Below are positions 39,634-52,139 of a stretch of DNA of 64,000 bases, piece after piece. Each line of letters opens with the position of its first letter. The first letter of the stretch is position 1. Under the pieces are notes generated by a model that saw only the letters and a list, made by a program, of their open reading frames with translations, had not been told where the DNA came from and did not search any database. Origin of the DNA: Octopus sinensis (taxonomy: Eukaryota); assembly GCF_006345805.1 (NCBI RefSeq), contig NC_042998.1:20336001-20400000 (forward strand), read 5' to 3'. The position numbers and the translations under genes are program-made.

Positions 39634-39941
39634 ATAGAGTGGTTGTACACTGTCAATCTGCCCTAGGAAGCATCGACGCTTCCTGTCGGCCTCGACACAT
39701 TTCCTGAGTCCTTATATATTTACGAAGGGGAGACAAATACCCCCAACAGCTAGGCCTGCATCTAGAGACACGCATGTTTCAGGGTCTTTGCCCATCATGT
39801 CTTTGTCTCCCCTTCGTAAATATATAAGGACACAGGAAATGTGTCGAGGCCGACAGGAATCGTTGATGCTTCCTAGGGCTAAACAGCGGTGGTGTAGTTC
39901 CCTTACTGTCACGTTAAGTTGACAGTATAAAACCACTCTAT
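39634..39941. repeat. Second fold-back element (inner arms about 39660-39737 / 39802-39879)
   Basis: About 78-bp near-perfect inverted repeat plus outer arms; spacer has a decayed minus-strand hammerhead-like motif at 39766-39802. Confidence 0.85.
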
Positions 39942-40324
39942 ATAAATTAAATTAGAGATAAAACCACTATTAGGCAAATCAAACAGTGAAAAACATAAAC
40001 CAAAAGTTAAAATGCAAAATTGACAATTGTAAGAGAAAAGCACATTTTAAACACCTGCTCAGTCGGAGGAAAATATGTTAGCTTTTATATTCGTTGTATA
40101 TGACAAATATGGTATTTCTAATACAACCAACTAAACATGTTATTAATTTATAACCTGGTGCTAAACTTTACTATGTTATCTCTGTTATTTCATCGTGTAT
40201 CAAAAACAGAGAGTACTCTGATTTAATATATAAGTTAATGAATCAGATGAAATCATAATACAGACAAAAGACCACTGGTAATCTATTTGCGAGATTAAGA
40301 TGCGAAATTTCCTGCACAAAAATG

Positions 40325-40699
40325 GGATCTTTTCGGTTTGAAAGGTAGTTTTTAACAGAATTTTTAGGTAACTAAAAAATTTTAAACTTCGTATACTGGT
40401 AGAATGTGTTTATAAAACATCTTTTTCTCTTGGCTTTATTGAGAAAATTCTATAGTTTGTAAGATATTTGTTGTTGTTTTTTCTTCAATTTCTGCAATTT
40501 CAACCAATCAGTGACGTCTATTGAGTTAAAAAGCATTCTGTGCCGTATGAATATGCCCCTCGTTTAAGAAACAGATTGGGTTTATTGACATTTGTGAAGA
40601 AAAAAAGAAATGCAATAGATCGATTCTAGGGTCATAATTATTGGGTGACAATTTCATATGACACCGCTAGAAAAACTGCCGTTCAAACCGAAAAGATCC
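40325..40699 (+). mobile_element. MITE family M, copy 3 (telomere-like tract deleted)
   Basis: TIRs; perfect 8-bp TSD caaaaatg. Confidence 0.92.
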
Positions 40700-40923
40700 C
40701 AAAAATGGACTGAATTGTTGCATATAATATCAATAGAGTTTAATGTCTACCACAAAGTCAGTTAATTTTTACAACCTCAATTCACTTGAGTGTAAGGAGG
40801 AGCCACAAGATACGTTTAGATTATAAGACACTCTTCTATTTTTATGGGTGAGATATTTTTAAAAGCTCATTCTTTAGGTAGCTGGAACCACGTGTAATTG
40901 TAGATTTTCGTTTCTGAATGCTC

Positions 40924-40993
40924 AATCATAGATCATGGTAGAAATATTTAATTTGCAAAATCATAGATCATGGTAGAAATATTTAATTTGCAA
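40924..40993. repeat. 35-bp perfect tandem duplication
   Basis: aatcatagatcatggtagaaatatttaatttgcaa x2. Confidence 0.9.
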
Positions 40994-41194
40994 ACTTCGA
41001 AACGACTAAATGTTAATATGTACGCTGGAGATTTCAGGCTGACACAAACCTTAAGGGCATTAAACTGATGAGAGAAGCGCTTACATGTAGTAAGTTATCA
41101 CTAGCTTTCTATTCTTTCTTATCCCTAGCTTTGAAGAGGTTTCTTTATAAAAACCGAAATTTTCGCTAGATGATTAAATGCAGCTGTGTATTCT

Positions 41195-41762
41195 TTCCTA
41201 CTCTGGGCACAAGGCCCGAAATTTGGTGGGATGGGTCCAGTCGATTAAATCAACCCCAGTACGCAACTGGTACTTAATTTATCGACCCCGAAAGGATGAA
41301 AGGCAAAGTCGACCTCGGCGGAATTTGAACTCAGAACGTAAAGACAGACGAAATACTGCTAAGCATTTCGCCCGGCTACCGTTTCTTATTTCTTTATAGA
41401 GGGGACAAACAAGGACAGACAAAGGGATTAAGTCGATTACATCGACCCCGGTGCGGAACTGGTAGTTAATTTATCGACTCCGAAAGGATGAAAGGCAAAG
41501 TCGACCTCGGCGGAATTTGAACTCAGAACGTAACGGCAGACGAAATACCTATTTTTTTACTACCCACAAGGGGCTAAAAACAGAGGGGACAAACAAGGAC
41601 ATACAAAGGGATTAAGTCGATTATATCGACCCCAGTGCGCAACTTGTACTTATTTAATCGACCCCGAAAGGATGAAAGGTAAAGTCGACCTCGGCAGAAT
41701 TTGAACTCAGAGCAGTTAAGCACTTCGCCCGGCGTGCTAACGGTTCTGCCAGCTCGCCGTCT
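41195..41762 (-). mobile_element. SINE family C hetero-trimer
   Basis: Three units on the minus strand; candidate 11-bp TSD ctgtgtattct (41184-41194 / 41772-41782); the last unit has a different tail. Confidence 0.85.
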
Positions 41763-41848
41763 TATAGATACCTGTGTATTCTCAGTTCATTGTAGAAGGA
41801 GGAGATTATAAGGAAATACTATTCTCTTCTTTCTTAAAACTGTTGAGT

Positions 41849-42070
41849 TTAACTCTTTAGCATTCACGTTATTCTGTCCAATACAATACTTGTCCGTTGA
41901 CACGATTTGAATTAATCTTGTAGCTTTAAGATTTCATTGAGATAACTGTTAATTTTTAGAATGATATTGTGGGGTTGGTGTAGGAGGACACATCTAGCCG
42001 TTTCGAACACAAAACAGGTAGAATATTTGGCTCAGATATTTTAATACCTGTTTAAATACTGAAGGTTTCA
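41849..42070. mobile_element. Decayed piggyBac-like (TTAA) MITE
   Basis: Begins ttaactctttagcattc; ends in a decayed complement aaatactgaaggtttca. Confidence 0.45.
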
Positions 42071-43425
42071 ATCATTGAATAAGCTTAGCTTGGTGAGAAC
42101 TTGACTCTGCCATGTTATGTATACACTACTACACAAGGGCGGTGTTTCCATATGATAACTCTACAAACTAATTCTAGTAAGGACTCACCTTTTCAATTTA
42201 TATTTCTGTCATACATAAAAGACATCAGATTTATAGAAGACTAACGTCTGTTTCCGTAGGCTGTAAATGATCATTAGACATAAATTATTACAGTAATATA
42301 CAAAACACGGATGGATACGCTGTAACTTTGTAATTATATAAATCCTTTTTTTCACTTACAATGCTGTACTGAAATTAATCGTTTAGTGAGAACACGTAGA
42401 AATCATCCCAAAAATAAACCGGAGAAAGGAAAGGTGCGTGGATCTCGTCAAGTTTTGACAGGAGAAGCTCCAGTGATAAGAAAGTATAGAAAGCTAGTGA
42501 TAACTTACTATATGTAAGCGCTTATATCATCAGTTTAGTGCCCTTAAGGTTTGTGTCAGCTTCCAAAACGTGGGGCCGGTTAGAAAAGCAAAAAGATGAG
42601 TAATTTGCTTAAATATCAACGAAAAAAGTTTAGCTCGGAATTAAAATCCAACAAAATGATTCTCCCAAATACCCAAGGCAGACTTATGCCGTTTCTGCAT
42701 TAGTTATGAATTAAGTGAATCTATTGTTAATTTAATGTGCTCTGCAACACAAAAGTTTACGCGTTTCACATAAATTAATAAAAGATAGATTTAATATCAG
42801 TCGATTTTAGAGAAAATTCTCAAATATTCTTAATTTACTTAAACATTTACTCAAGTAGAATCAATTCTCACATCTACTGAGAATTAGATCTACCTTACCA
42901 ATGGAATTAGACGGCAACCATTCTAGAAAAGTTACTTATAAGTGAGTAGTCTCTCACTCAAGAGAGTTTTCATTTGCTGAACGACATGAAGTTGGAGTAA
43001 AGTATTACGCATCGATTTTCATCCCTCCCTCGAGGCATCCTGGCGGCATTTATATAAGAATTTTATATATTAATAATTTAACGTTCAGCATGCTTCCATA
43101 GTCAAAAAGAAAAGAGATAGTTAATTCGATTCGAGCCAGGTGAGAAGCACTAATGTTTTTTCCCTAGGAAAATGTATGGAAATAAATTATTACATGAAAA
43201 AAAGTATTTCATCATAAGAAAATGTATTTTATAAGAACGAAATTCAGTTAAAGAAAAAGACAAGAAATAAGAAATATATATATATCAGAAATTTAAAAAT
43301 TGCTTCCTGAAATTCTTCTTAGAAATGTCCATTTTTGCATTTGAGGCACTGATAACAATGGAACTTAAAACAAAATTGCTTATCGTATTCTCCTTTAAAT
43401 ATTTTTTTTTTTTCTAATCTAAGGA

Positions 43426-43838
43426 TTACTCTTTTACTCTTACTCTTTTACTTGTTTCAGTCATTTGACTGCGGCCATGCTGGAGCACCGCCTTTAATCG
43501 AGCAACTCGACCCCGGGACTTATTCTTTTTTGTAAGCCCAGTACTTATTCTATCGGTTCACTTTTGCCGAACCGCTAAGTGACAGGGACATAAACACACC
43601 AGCATCGGTTGTCAAGCAATGCTAGGGGGACAAACACAGACACACAAACACACACACGCATATATATATATACATATATACGACGGGCTTCTTTCAGTTT
43701 CCGTCTACCAAATCCACTCACAAGGCTTTGGTTGGCCCGAGGCTATAGTAGAAGACACTTGCCCAAGTTACACGCAGTGGTACTGAACCCGGAACCACGT
43801 GGTTGGTAAACAAGCTACTTACCACACAGCCACTCTTG
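43426..43838 (-). mobile_element. SINE family A
   Basis: Full reverse copy with (ttactct)n tail. Confidence 0.9.
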
Positions 43839-44405
43839 CTTCGTTTATTTGGTAAATATGTATTTATACTAAATCTGTATTCATATTTGAGTTAAGATTC
43901 AGTAAAAATTACTATTATTTTTGACGAGGAAGAAATATTTTGTATATTAGATAGAATGGCAATGATATAATTCACGTTGCATAGATATTGAACTATAGTA
44001 TTAAAGAAACCGCTTCCAAACTGAAAAAGAGATTGCGTCAGAGGCTCTAATCATAAAGGACTTACCAATTGTTGTATGGAGCTCAACATTTTATCTGTAA
44101 ATATCGACATCTGGTTTTGGTATAAAGCCACAAACTTATATTAGCAAGCTTCAGCCTATTGCAAAGAGTGCAGTACGTGATAGATTCATTTTATTCATTT
44201 TGCAAATGGCTAAATAGCCTAAGTAGATGACGGTGGCATTTGAAAAATCAAAGCGAATACGTATAAAGCCTAAAATGGCCAGTGATTTAATCCTGGCAAG
44301 TTACCATTTCAACACAATACCAAATATATTGGATTTGTTAACAATCATTTGCACAACTAGCCCAATATGGCTGTATATGGATATAAGCGCATGTGTATAT
44401 AAGTG

Positions 44406-44460
<55 letters not shown>

Positions 44461-44465
44461 ATGTA

Positions 44466-44853
44466 TTGATGGATGGATGGATGGATGGATGGATGGATGG
44501 ATGGATGGATGTATTGATGGATGGATGGATGGATGGATGGATGGATGTATTGATGGATGGATGGATGGATGGATGGATGGATGTATGGATGGATGGATGT
44601 ATGGATGGATGGATGGATGGATGGATGGATGGATGGATGGATGTATTGATGGATGGATGGATGGATGGATGGATGGATTGATGGATGGATGGAGGATGGA
44701 TGGATGGATGGATGGATGGATGGATGGATGGATGTATTGATGATGGATGGATGGAGGATGGATGGATGGATTGATGGATGGATGGATGGATGATGGATGG
44801 ATGGATGGATGGATGGATGGATGGATGGATGGATGGATGGATGGATGGATGGA
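44466..44853. repeat. (GGAT)n tetranucleotide microsatellite
   Basis: Directly visible. Confidence 0.97.
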
Positions 44854-45289
44854 TGTGCGTGCGTGCGTATAAAACCAAGTTAGCTGTTACAGATGCGAGA
44901 AAAAAAAAGAGCTCAATATCTTCTGTGAATATATAATGTTTTTTATTATTATTATTATTATTTGGAGCAAAACGCTTCATTATTTTTTTTTAGGAATCGT
45001 AGAATGAGTCTACAATACGTTAAGTCTTATATACGGAGACGCAGAGAGAGGCCAACCAACTGTTTTTACCAAGACCGCTTGACTGATTTACTACACTTTA
45101 CGTACGTACGTACATACATACATACATACATACATACATACATACATACATACATACATACATACATACATACATACATACACACACATATTACGGTATC
45201 GACCAGACCGTCAAAGACTGTTACGCTCCTCTAGTCACAATACCCTTTGCATTGTTTTAGCTTTCGAATGGCGCCAGCATTATCCCTTG

Positions 45290-45780
45290 AGAGATCTCCA
45301 GTCTGTAGGTCTCCAGACCTACTCTCGATCACTGTCAGAAAATACAGCAAATCTGGACTCATCATAGAATATGACAGTGTCCCAAAATGCTAGTGGCCTC
45401 TCCACCATTTCACTGGTCCAATCTCTTCTCCGTTTGGCATTGGCTTGTCGAAGAAGTCACTTCTTTCTTGCTACTCTGCCATAATAGCCAAGTTTGTGGA
45501 GACATCTGACAGCTGTTCTGCGACTGACATCAACTTTTTTCTGCTATGTGAAGGGCCTTGCAACGAGGATTACCCTACACACTTAACAAAGCGAAGGGTC
45601 CTGTCAGAAGGTCCTGGTAGACCTGGGGGAGGTGAATTGCACAATCATTCTATTAACTGTAGAAAGCGAGATCCCAAGGTTTTCTGCGATTTTACGCTGG
45701 CGAAGTCCCCCATCAGTTTGACTGATAATACAACCTCTTTGAAATTCGAACAGTTCTACGGCTTCTTTTGTACGTGACAT
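45290..45780 (-). pseudogene. Tc1-like transposase 5' fragment
   Basis: [36 protein letters not shown] (HTH) and FWDTVIFYDESRF..SDSDRE*VWR. Confidence 0.8.
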
Positions 45781-46561
45781 GATGAAACAGTTACATATAG
45801 AAACTGAATCATAAAAAAGGCAATTAATAAAAGAGTATATACCTTTTCAAGTTGAAATAAACATAAAACGATGTTTTATTGGGTGTCTATTTACTTCTGT
45901 TGTGTGTGTGTGTGTGTGTGTGTATGAATATGATACCTGTGGAAACCAGTTCAGATGAAGTGTTAGGACTCGTAAAATTAACAGAATTCAAATTGTCGGG
46001 TCTGAATGCTACTTGTTTTTTCGTATGTGTTCACCCCTGGACCGAAGTATTCGGAGTTGTATATGAGTTGTTGACATGTTGATAGGTATAGTTAGTTGTA
46101 TATATTTTTTCTTATCTTTAAAGAAACCTGTTCCTCTATTTAAGCGATTTTATAAATGAGTCCTTAGAAATGTTTTGGGGATTGCACATATATACATAGT
46201 ATCTTCATATAGGTGCGCCCGAATTAACGCAGCGGCATCTGTTGTTTCTTATTTCTTAAGGTAACTCAGATAATTTTATTCAAGTACCTCACTGGCCAAT
46301 TCTGTTCCCTCATGGATCTAAAATTTCTTTTACCAAACGTTACTTTGTAATCATATTTTCTTCCAAATTTTCTCTATTTTTATCTTATTTCTTTTCTCCC
46401 ACTCGTATATTTCATTCTCCTTTTAATTTCTTATTGCAGTTTCTTACAGGAAAGATATCGTTGTGTTTCTTCATGCTAATTATCTTAAGTCAGACTCGAA
46501 GTAGAAAACAATTTTCTTGTCAAGGGAAATAGTTGAGAAAACTTACTATTTCAATAACAAT

Positions 46562-46708
46562 ATGACAGTTGGTTCTAAAGGCGCATCAGCCTCAATAGAT
46601 AAGTTTCAGAACGTTTCGGAAGTTCAGAGCTTTTCAACTTCTTTAAAGGATAAAGTTCTTAATGTATGCAGTGAGCATAGTATTTTACACGGGGACAAAA
46701 TACCTGTG
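46562..46708 (+). CDS. Candidate first coding exon of an unknown gene (49 aa)
   Basis: Polypyrimidine acceptors upstream (ttattgcag| 46439, ttcttacag| 46449); in-frame stop at 46502; ATG with A at -3; donor gtg|gtaaag, phase 0. Confidence 0.35.
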
Positions 46709-46751
46709 GTAAAGAAAAACTGAATGAGCATCTTCACTTTATTTGACATTA

Positions 46752-46922
46752 GGCGCAGGCGTGGCTGTGAGGTAAGGTGTTTAGTTCCCTACCATGTGGT
46801 TCCGTGTTCATTCCCACCGCATAGTACCTTGGGCAAGTGTCTGCTACTATTGCCTCAGGCGGACCAAAGCCTTAGGAGTGAATTTGGTAGACGGAAACTG
46901 AAAGAAAACCGTCGTATATATG

Positions 46923-46990
<68 letters not shown>

Positions 46991-47235
46991 CGTGTGTGTG
47001 TTTGCGTTTGTATTTGTATTTGTCACCCACCACCGCTTGTCGGCTGGTATTGGTGTATTTACACCAGCGTAACTTAGCAGTTCGGAATAAGTAAGTAACC
47101 GATAAAATAAGTACCAGGCTTAAAAAACATAAACACTGAGGTCGATTCGTTCCACCAAAATTCTTCAAGTCGGTGCCACAGCATGGCCGCAATCCAATAA
47201 CTGAAACAAGTTTAAAAAAAGAAATTAAAAGGTAA
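46752..47235 (+). mobile_element. SINE family A (older variant)
   Basis: Diverged head and tail; expanded internal (GT)n. Confidence 0.8.
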
Positions 47236-47647
47236 AAGTATATAACAAGTCCAGAGACAAGAGAAAGGCAAACCCTTCTCGGTTCCCTACTCATACCATT
47301 CAAGAAAGCTTCTGGCAGCTTCATTTTCATTTCTTGTAAGGTAATTATCCCGAGAAGATAGATTACACAGATTGGTTCAACATTTTGATTCAACAATAAA
47401 TTCCTTAGTCAAGTGAATCCATCATTAGCTAATGAACTGCGTCAGTGTAAAAGTCACCTGTTTCATTTGGCTAAATCATATTCTAAATTTAATTGAAATG
47501 CAAAAATAATTACAAACGAAAGTCATTAGCAAAATTCAACCTCAAACCCTTAATTGAGGATTGGTAGCAATGTTTGACTAATATAAATCTTATTTGTGGC
47601 AGAATTTTTCTTTCTTCGTTTATTTTAACTTGCTACTGCAGTTACAG

Positions 47648-47724
47648 GAAATTGGTGAAAATAATTGCGATAAAGACCAACACATATCTATGCAAAATCG
47701 AAAAATTAAAGGAGGTTTTTTAAG
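47648..47724 (+). CDS. Candidate second coding exon
   Basis: Tandem in-frame acceptors ctgcag|ttacag| after a polypyrimidine tract; open phase-0 frame EIGENNCDKDQHISMQNRKIKGGFL; consensus donor aag|gtgagt. Confidence 0.4.
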
Positions 47725-47970
47725 GTGAGTTTTGAGGACTTGGGAATATGCTTGTATTTCTCCGTTCAATATTGAAATCGAAAATATAGTTATAGGGCCT
47801 AATTATCAGAGGAATCCATTTAAATGGAAGTAGACCTCGAGGCAACAGTTCAAATTGTTCGAATATGAAGGTTGCAATGCCTTTGAGTGACAGGTTTGTT
47901 CGATCAAGGTTAACCTCGGGTTAAACATAACCAACTACACATGCGTACACACACGCACACATCAAACAAA

Positions 47971-48006
<36 letters not shown>

Positions 48007-48054
48007 TACAAGAAGTGAGTATTAAAATTTCTGTCATAGATAAATAATGATTTA

Positions 48055-48245
48055 AAATTTTGGCACAAAGCCAGCAATTTCAGGGGAGGAGATAGGTCGA
48101 TTACATCGACCCCAGACAGAATTCTACTGGTATTTATTTTATCGACCCCGAAAAACGGAAAGGTAAAGTCAATCTAAGCAGAATTTGAACTCAGAACGTA
48201 GACGTACGAAATGCAGCCAAACATTTTGTCCGGGGCGGTAACGCA
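48055..48245 (-). mobile_element. SINE family C (diverged)
   Basis: atcgacccc..ctggtatttattttatcgaccccgaaa..gaatttgaactcagaacgta. Confidence 0.75.
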
Positions 48246-48275
48246 GAAATTTTTCTCTTTCTAATATCGAATTTC

Positions 48276-48537
48276 GTGGAGGTGCGTAGCTTAGTGGTTA
48301 GGGTGTCAGCATCATGATCGCAAAATTGTGCTATCGATTCCTGGACCGGGCGACGCGTTGTGTTCTTGAGCAAAACACTTCATTCCACGTTGCTCCAGTC
48401 CACACAGCTGGCAAAAATGAGTAACGCTGCAATGGACTGGCGTCCCGTCCAGCTGGGGAACACATACGCCATTGAAACCGGGAAACCGGGCCCATGAGCC
48501 TGGCTAGACTTTAAAAGGGCGCATTTATTTTATTTAT
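48276..48537 (+). mobile_element. SINE family D, full length
   Basis: 14-bp TSD taatatcgaatttc (48262-48275 / 48538-48551); empty-site paralogue at 50101-50220. Confidence 0.92.
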
Positions 48538-49938
48538 TAATATCGAATTTCAGCAGCTTTATTTCCATTTTTGCTTGTTTCATTCTACTTTTTTTTATTT
48601 GTCAAATTTACGCAGGCAAGGCCGTCTGCTTAAATCTGATCATTTCGACCCCAGTCCTTGTATAATCTGCCTAGAACCTACAGGTTCATGAAACCAAGGT
48701 TCGTCCAGATTTCGGAAGCGTTTAAGGTAACTAACTAAACCTCAGTGTTAAACCTCTGCTGCCGCCGGTATTTATTCTTAGTTGAAGAGAACCAAGCTGT
48801 AATGAAGTGTTTTTCCCTGGGACACAACACACCGCCCGGTCCGAGAATGGTACCTATAGCCTAGTAATCAAAAATCTAATACTCTAAACACTAAGCCAAG
48901 CATTTCTCTTCGTCTCCAATTCTTGTCTGATATTTGTTTTATTGATAAAGAGGTGGGATTTTAATTGAGAACTTAAAGTATCGTAAGCGCTGCAGGGTAT
49001 TTAGAATGGAGTAAGTGATAATGAAAGAAGTAGAGAATTGATAGAATAATGCGTGAGTAAAAGACAAAAGAAGTAATCAGAGAGATGGAGATCAAAGAGA
49101 ATGGGCGGAAAATACCGAAATAAAACAGGAAAACAATAGAAAACGTTATAGAGGGAAAGAGTGAATATTCAAAAGAAAAGAGGGGAATAAAGGTTGAGAC
49201 ATCTCGTTTGAATGTCACATGAATAGAGATGAGGAGAGTGGGGAAGAAAAGAGGAAGCGGAGAGAAGAGAAGGAAATAAGACAGGAATGGGAGAGAGAAA
49301 TGAAAATGGGAGAGAGAAAGAGAATAAGAGTTAGAAATTAAAGTAGAAAGTTCTTATTACGATTATTGGGGTAATAGAGAGAGTGAGAGAGAGAAAGAGA
49401 TAGAGACTGGGACAGAGAGAGAGAGATAATTAAAATGAAATAATAAACGAAGGGGAGGAGAAATTTAAAACTGTAGGAAGAAAAAGCAGTAAAACAAAAA
49501 GAGAAAAAGATAGGCAGATTTTTTAAAAAAGCGAATGAGAGACATTGGTTAAAACGAAATATTGCAGGGAAATAATTTTAAAGTAAAGACTATAGAGCGT
49601 TTGGGTTCAATGCAAACAACCACAACATAAAATTAGGTAGAAAAATGTTTATTTGAACATGCTAACATTCGGTTCATATTTGGCTTGTTGTGGTTTGTGT
49701 GTCTGGGGATTTGGAGCTTTGTATTTATATGGCGATGTTGCTTTAAATCGGTCAAGTTTTCGCAGTGCTTCTGTCTTGTTAAGTTCAGTGCATTCTGTTG
49801 TCGTTTTATCCTTAGGCGGAAAGTTCAGTCAAGATTTGCTTGTTATTTTTAGCTGACATCACAACTCATCTTTCTAAATGGGTAACAAATTCTCAAAAGC
49901 CACTGACAATCACTTCTCTCTCTCCCTCTCTTTCTCTC

Positions 49939-49981
<43 letters not shown>

Positions 49982-50686
49982 ACCTTCTTGCCTCTCTTCC
50001 TTTCTCTCTCTTTCATTTTCTCTCTCTCTCTACACACATATGCATTCACTCTGTTTCTTTTTTATTATGTTTACACAATCATCGTTATTTTTGTTCGATA
50101 TTTTTCTCTTTCTAATATCGAATTTCAACAGCTTTATTCCATTTTTGTTTGTTTAATTCTACTTTTCTTTATGTTTTTATTTTATTTCTCAAATTTACGC
50201 AGGCAAGGTCGTCTGCTTAAAACGTTCGCTTCCCAACAATGAGGTTTCGGATTCAGTCTCACTGCGCTGCAATTTGAGTAAGTCTCTTCAGCTCCGAGAA
50301 AACCAATGACCTGTGAGTGAATATGGTGGACGGAAGCCCATCGTTTGTGTGTGTGTGAATGTGTCTGTCTGTTTGTCTGTGTGTGTGTGCGTGTGTGTGT
50401 GTAAAGATTTTTAATACGAGAAGATGGAATGGACAAGCTTTATTGCAAATCACTACAATTGTTTCGGCGCGTCTTTATCAACTGGTAATTTCTGAAAGTT
50501 ACGTATGTTATAAACATCATTGCATTAATATGACCCAAGAACAGCTGTGTACAAGCACGACTTCGAGTGAGTGGTGTCCAAAGCACAGCTAGATCATCTT
50601 TGCTTAATACCCATACCTTTATACTATTTTTTGCATTCCATTGACAAAGAACAGCGCAGAAATGCAAAGATACAAATGAGATATAT

Positions 50687-50919
50687 ATATTTCTTTACTA
50701 CCCACAAGGAGCTAAACACAGAGGGGACAAACAAGAACATACAAAGGGATTAAGTCGATTACATCGACTCCAGTGCGTAACTGGTACTTAATTTATCGAC
50801 CCCGAAAGGATGAAAGGCAAAGTCGACCTCGGCGGAATTTGAACTCGGAACGTAATGACAGATGAAATACGGCTACGCATTTCGCCCGGCGCGCTAACGT
50901 TTCTGCCAGCTCGCCGCCA
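50687..50919 (-). mobile_element. SINE family C monomer
   Basis: 15-bp TSD acaaatgagatatat (50672-50686 / 50920-50934). Confidence 0.92.
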
Positions 50920-52139
50920 ACAAATGAGATATATGCTACTGATTTCCTTTCAAATGGAAAGGTAATGGACACGAGACATGTAAATGTTCAAGCTTATCAT
51001 TTTACGAAATTATTATCTTACAATGTTCGTTTATTTTTCCTAAAGGTTGAGACAAGTCTGTGGTTTAGGATGGAGTGAATAAGTGGTTTCTTTATTTTAA
51101 TATTTTTTAAATTTCCATTAATCTATTTTTTAAATATTTTTTTCTCATTTGTATGTCTTTGTATTTCCGTGTTGTACAAGCACAGCATTTAAATATTTGA
51201 GTGAACTTTGCTCGAATATACCTCAGTCATAGGTACGAATGAAAATACAGGCAAATAGCAAAGTTTTATTGCATCATTTTGTTAGGAAACACGAGGACAG
51301 GAATAGGGAAGCACTTCTAATGTAAGGATGGCGAATTATATTCTTGTGCATTTACAGCAAATACAAAAATGCACAGTTATGATACATAGGTTGGGGAAAA
51401 GAACGAAGATGATGGGGCAACAAACCAAACTTGGAAATATTCCCAGAACAGAGATTTGAGCACACCAGATTCGCAATATGAGATAATGCTGAAATATGCA
51501 CATATGAACATGTAGATATTCTGTCCAGTACAAGGGCGGGTAAGTGAGACATTATCAGCGAAAATTTCCGTTTCCTGTTGTTCTCTTCGCTTACAAGTTA
51601 AAGAAAATGCTAATACGTGATGTCGACCAACAAGCGTTATTTATAGGCGATAAGACAAAGTAATAATCGCACTTAGTTAAAGTTATCTCATGAAATACAT
51701 CATTGGAATTGATAATTGAAATGATGCCAACATAATTCTTGAATTGTCTTGTAATTATTACTAGTTCATTCAAACATGCCCCATAGCGTAATCCAACTTA
51801 ATTTTCTTTCAGGAAAATTAGAACACTTAAAAATTACGTTTTTAAAAATTCTACTAAGCTGCTACCGAACGTCTTTGCTGATTTTTTTTTTTTTTTTGTA
51901 CACTTTTATATCTGTGAAATAGTTGAAGTGCTAAATTTATCAATACAACCTTATGTTTAACAGTAACCGCTTTTAGGAAATATGTCAACTGACCACACCT
52001 TACTTTAAAATTCTCTCTCTCTCTCTCTCCCCCTCCCTCCCTCTCTCTCTCTCTCTGTGGAGGCTATGTTGAAAGGTAAATTTATATAAGCATATATATG
52101 TTGGGATACATATACATGTGTATATATACATATATAAGA

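Noticed and set aside
41065-41110. Hammerhead or C/D snoRNA at ctgatga within the 86-bp inverted repeat
   Set aside because: No GAAA after the stem, and no D box with terminal stem.
51286-51545. Long coding exon ending at a strong gtaagt donor
   Set aside because: All three frames contain stops; at most a UTR, non-coding or short exon.
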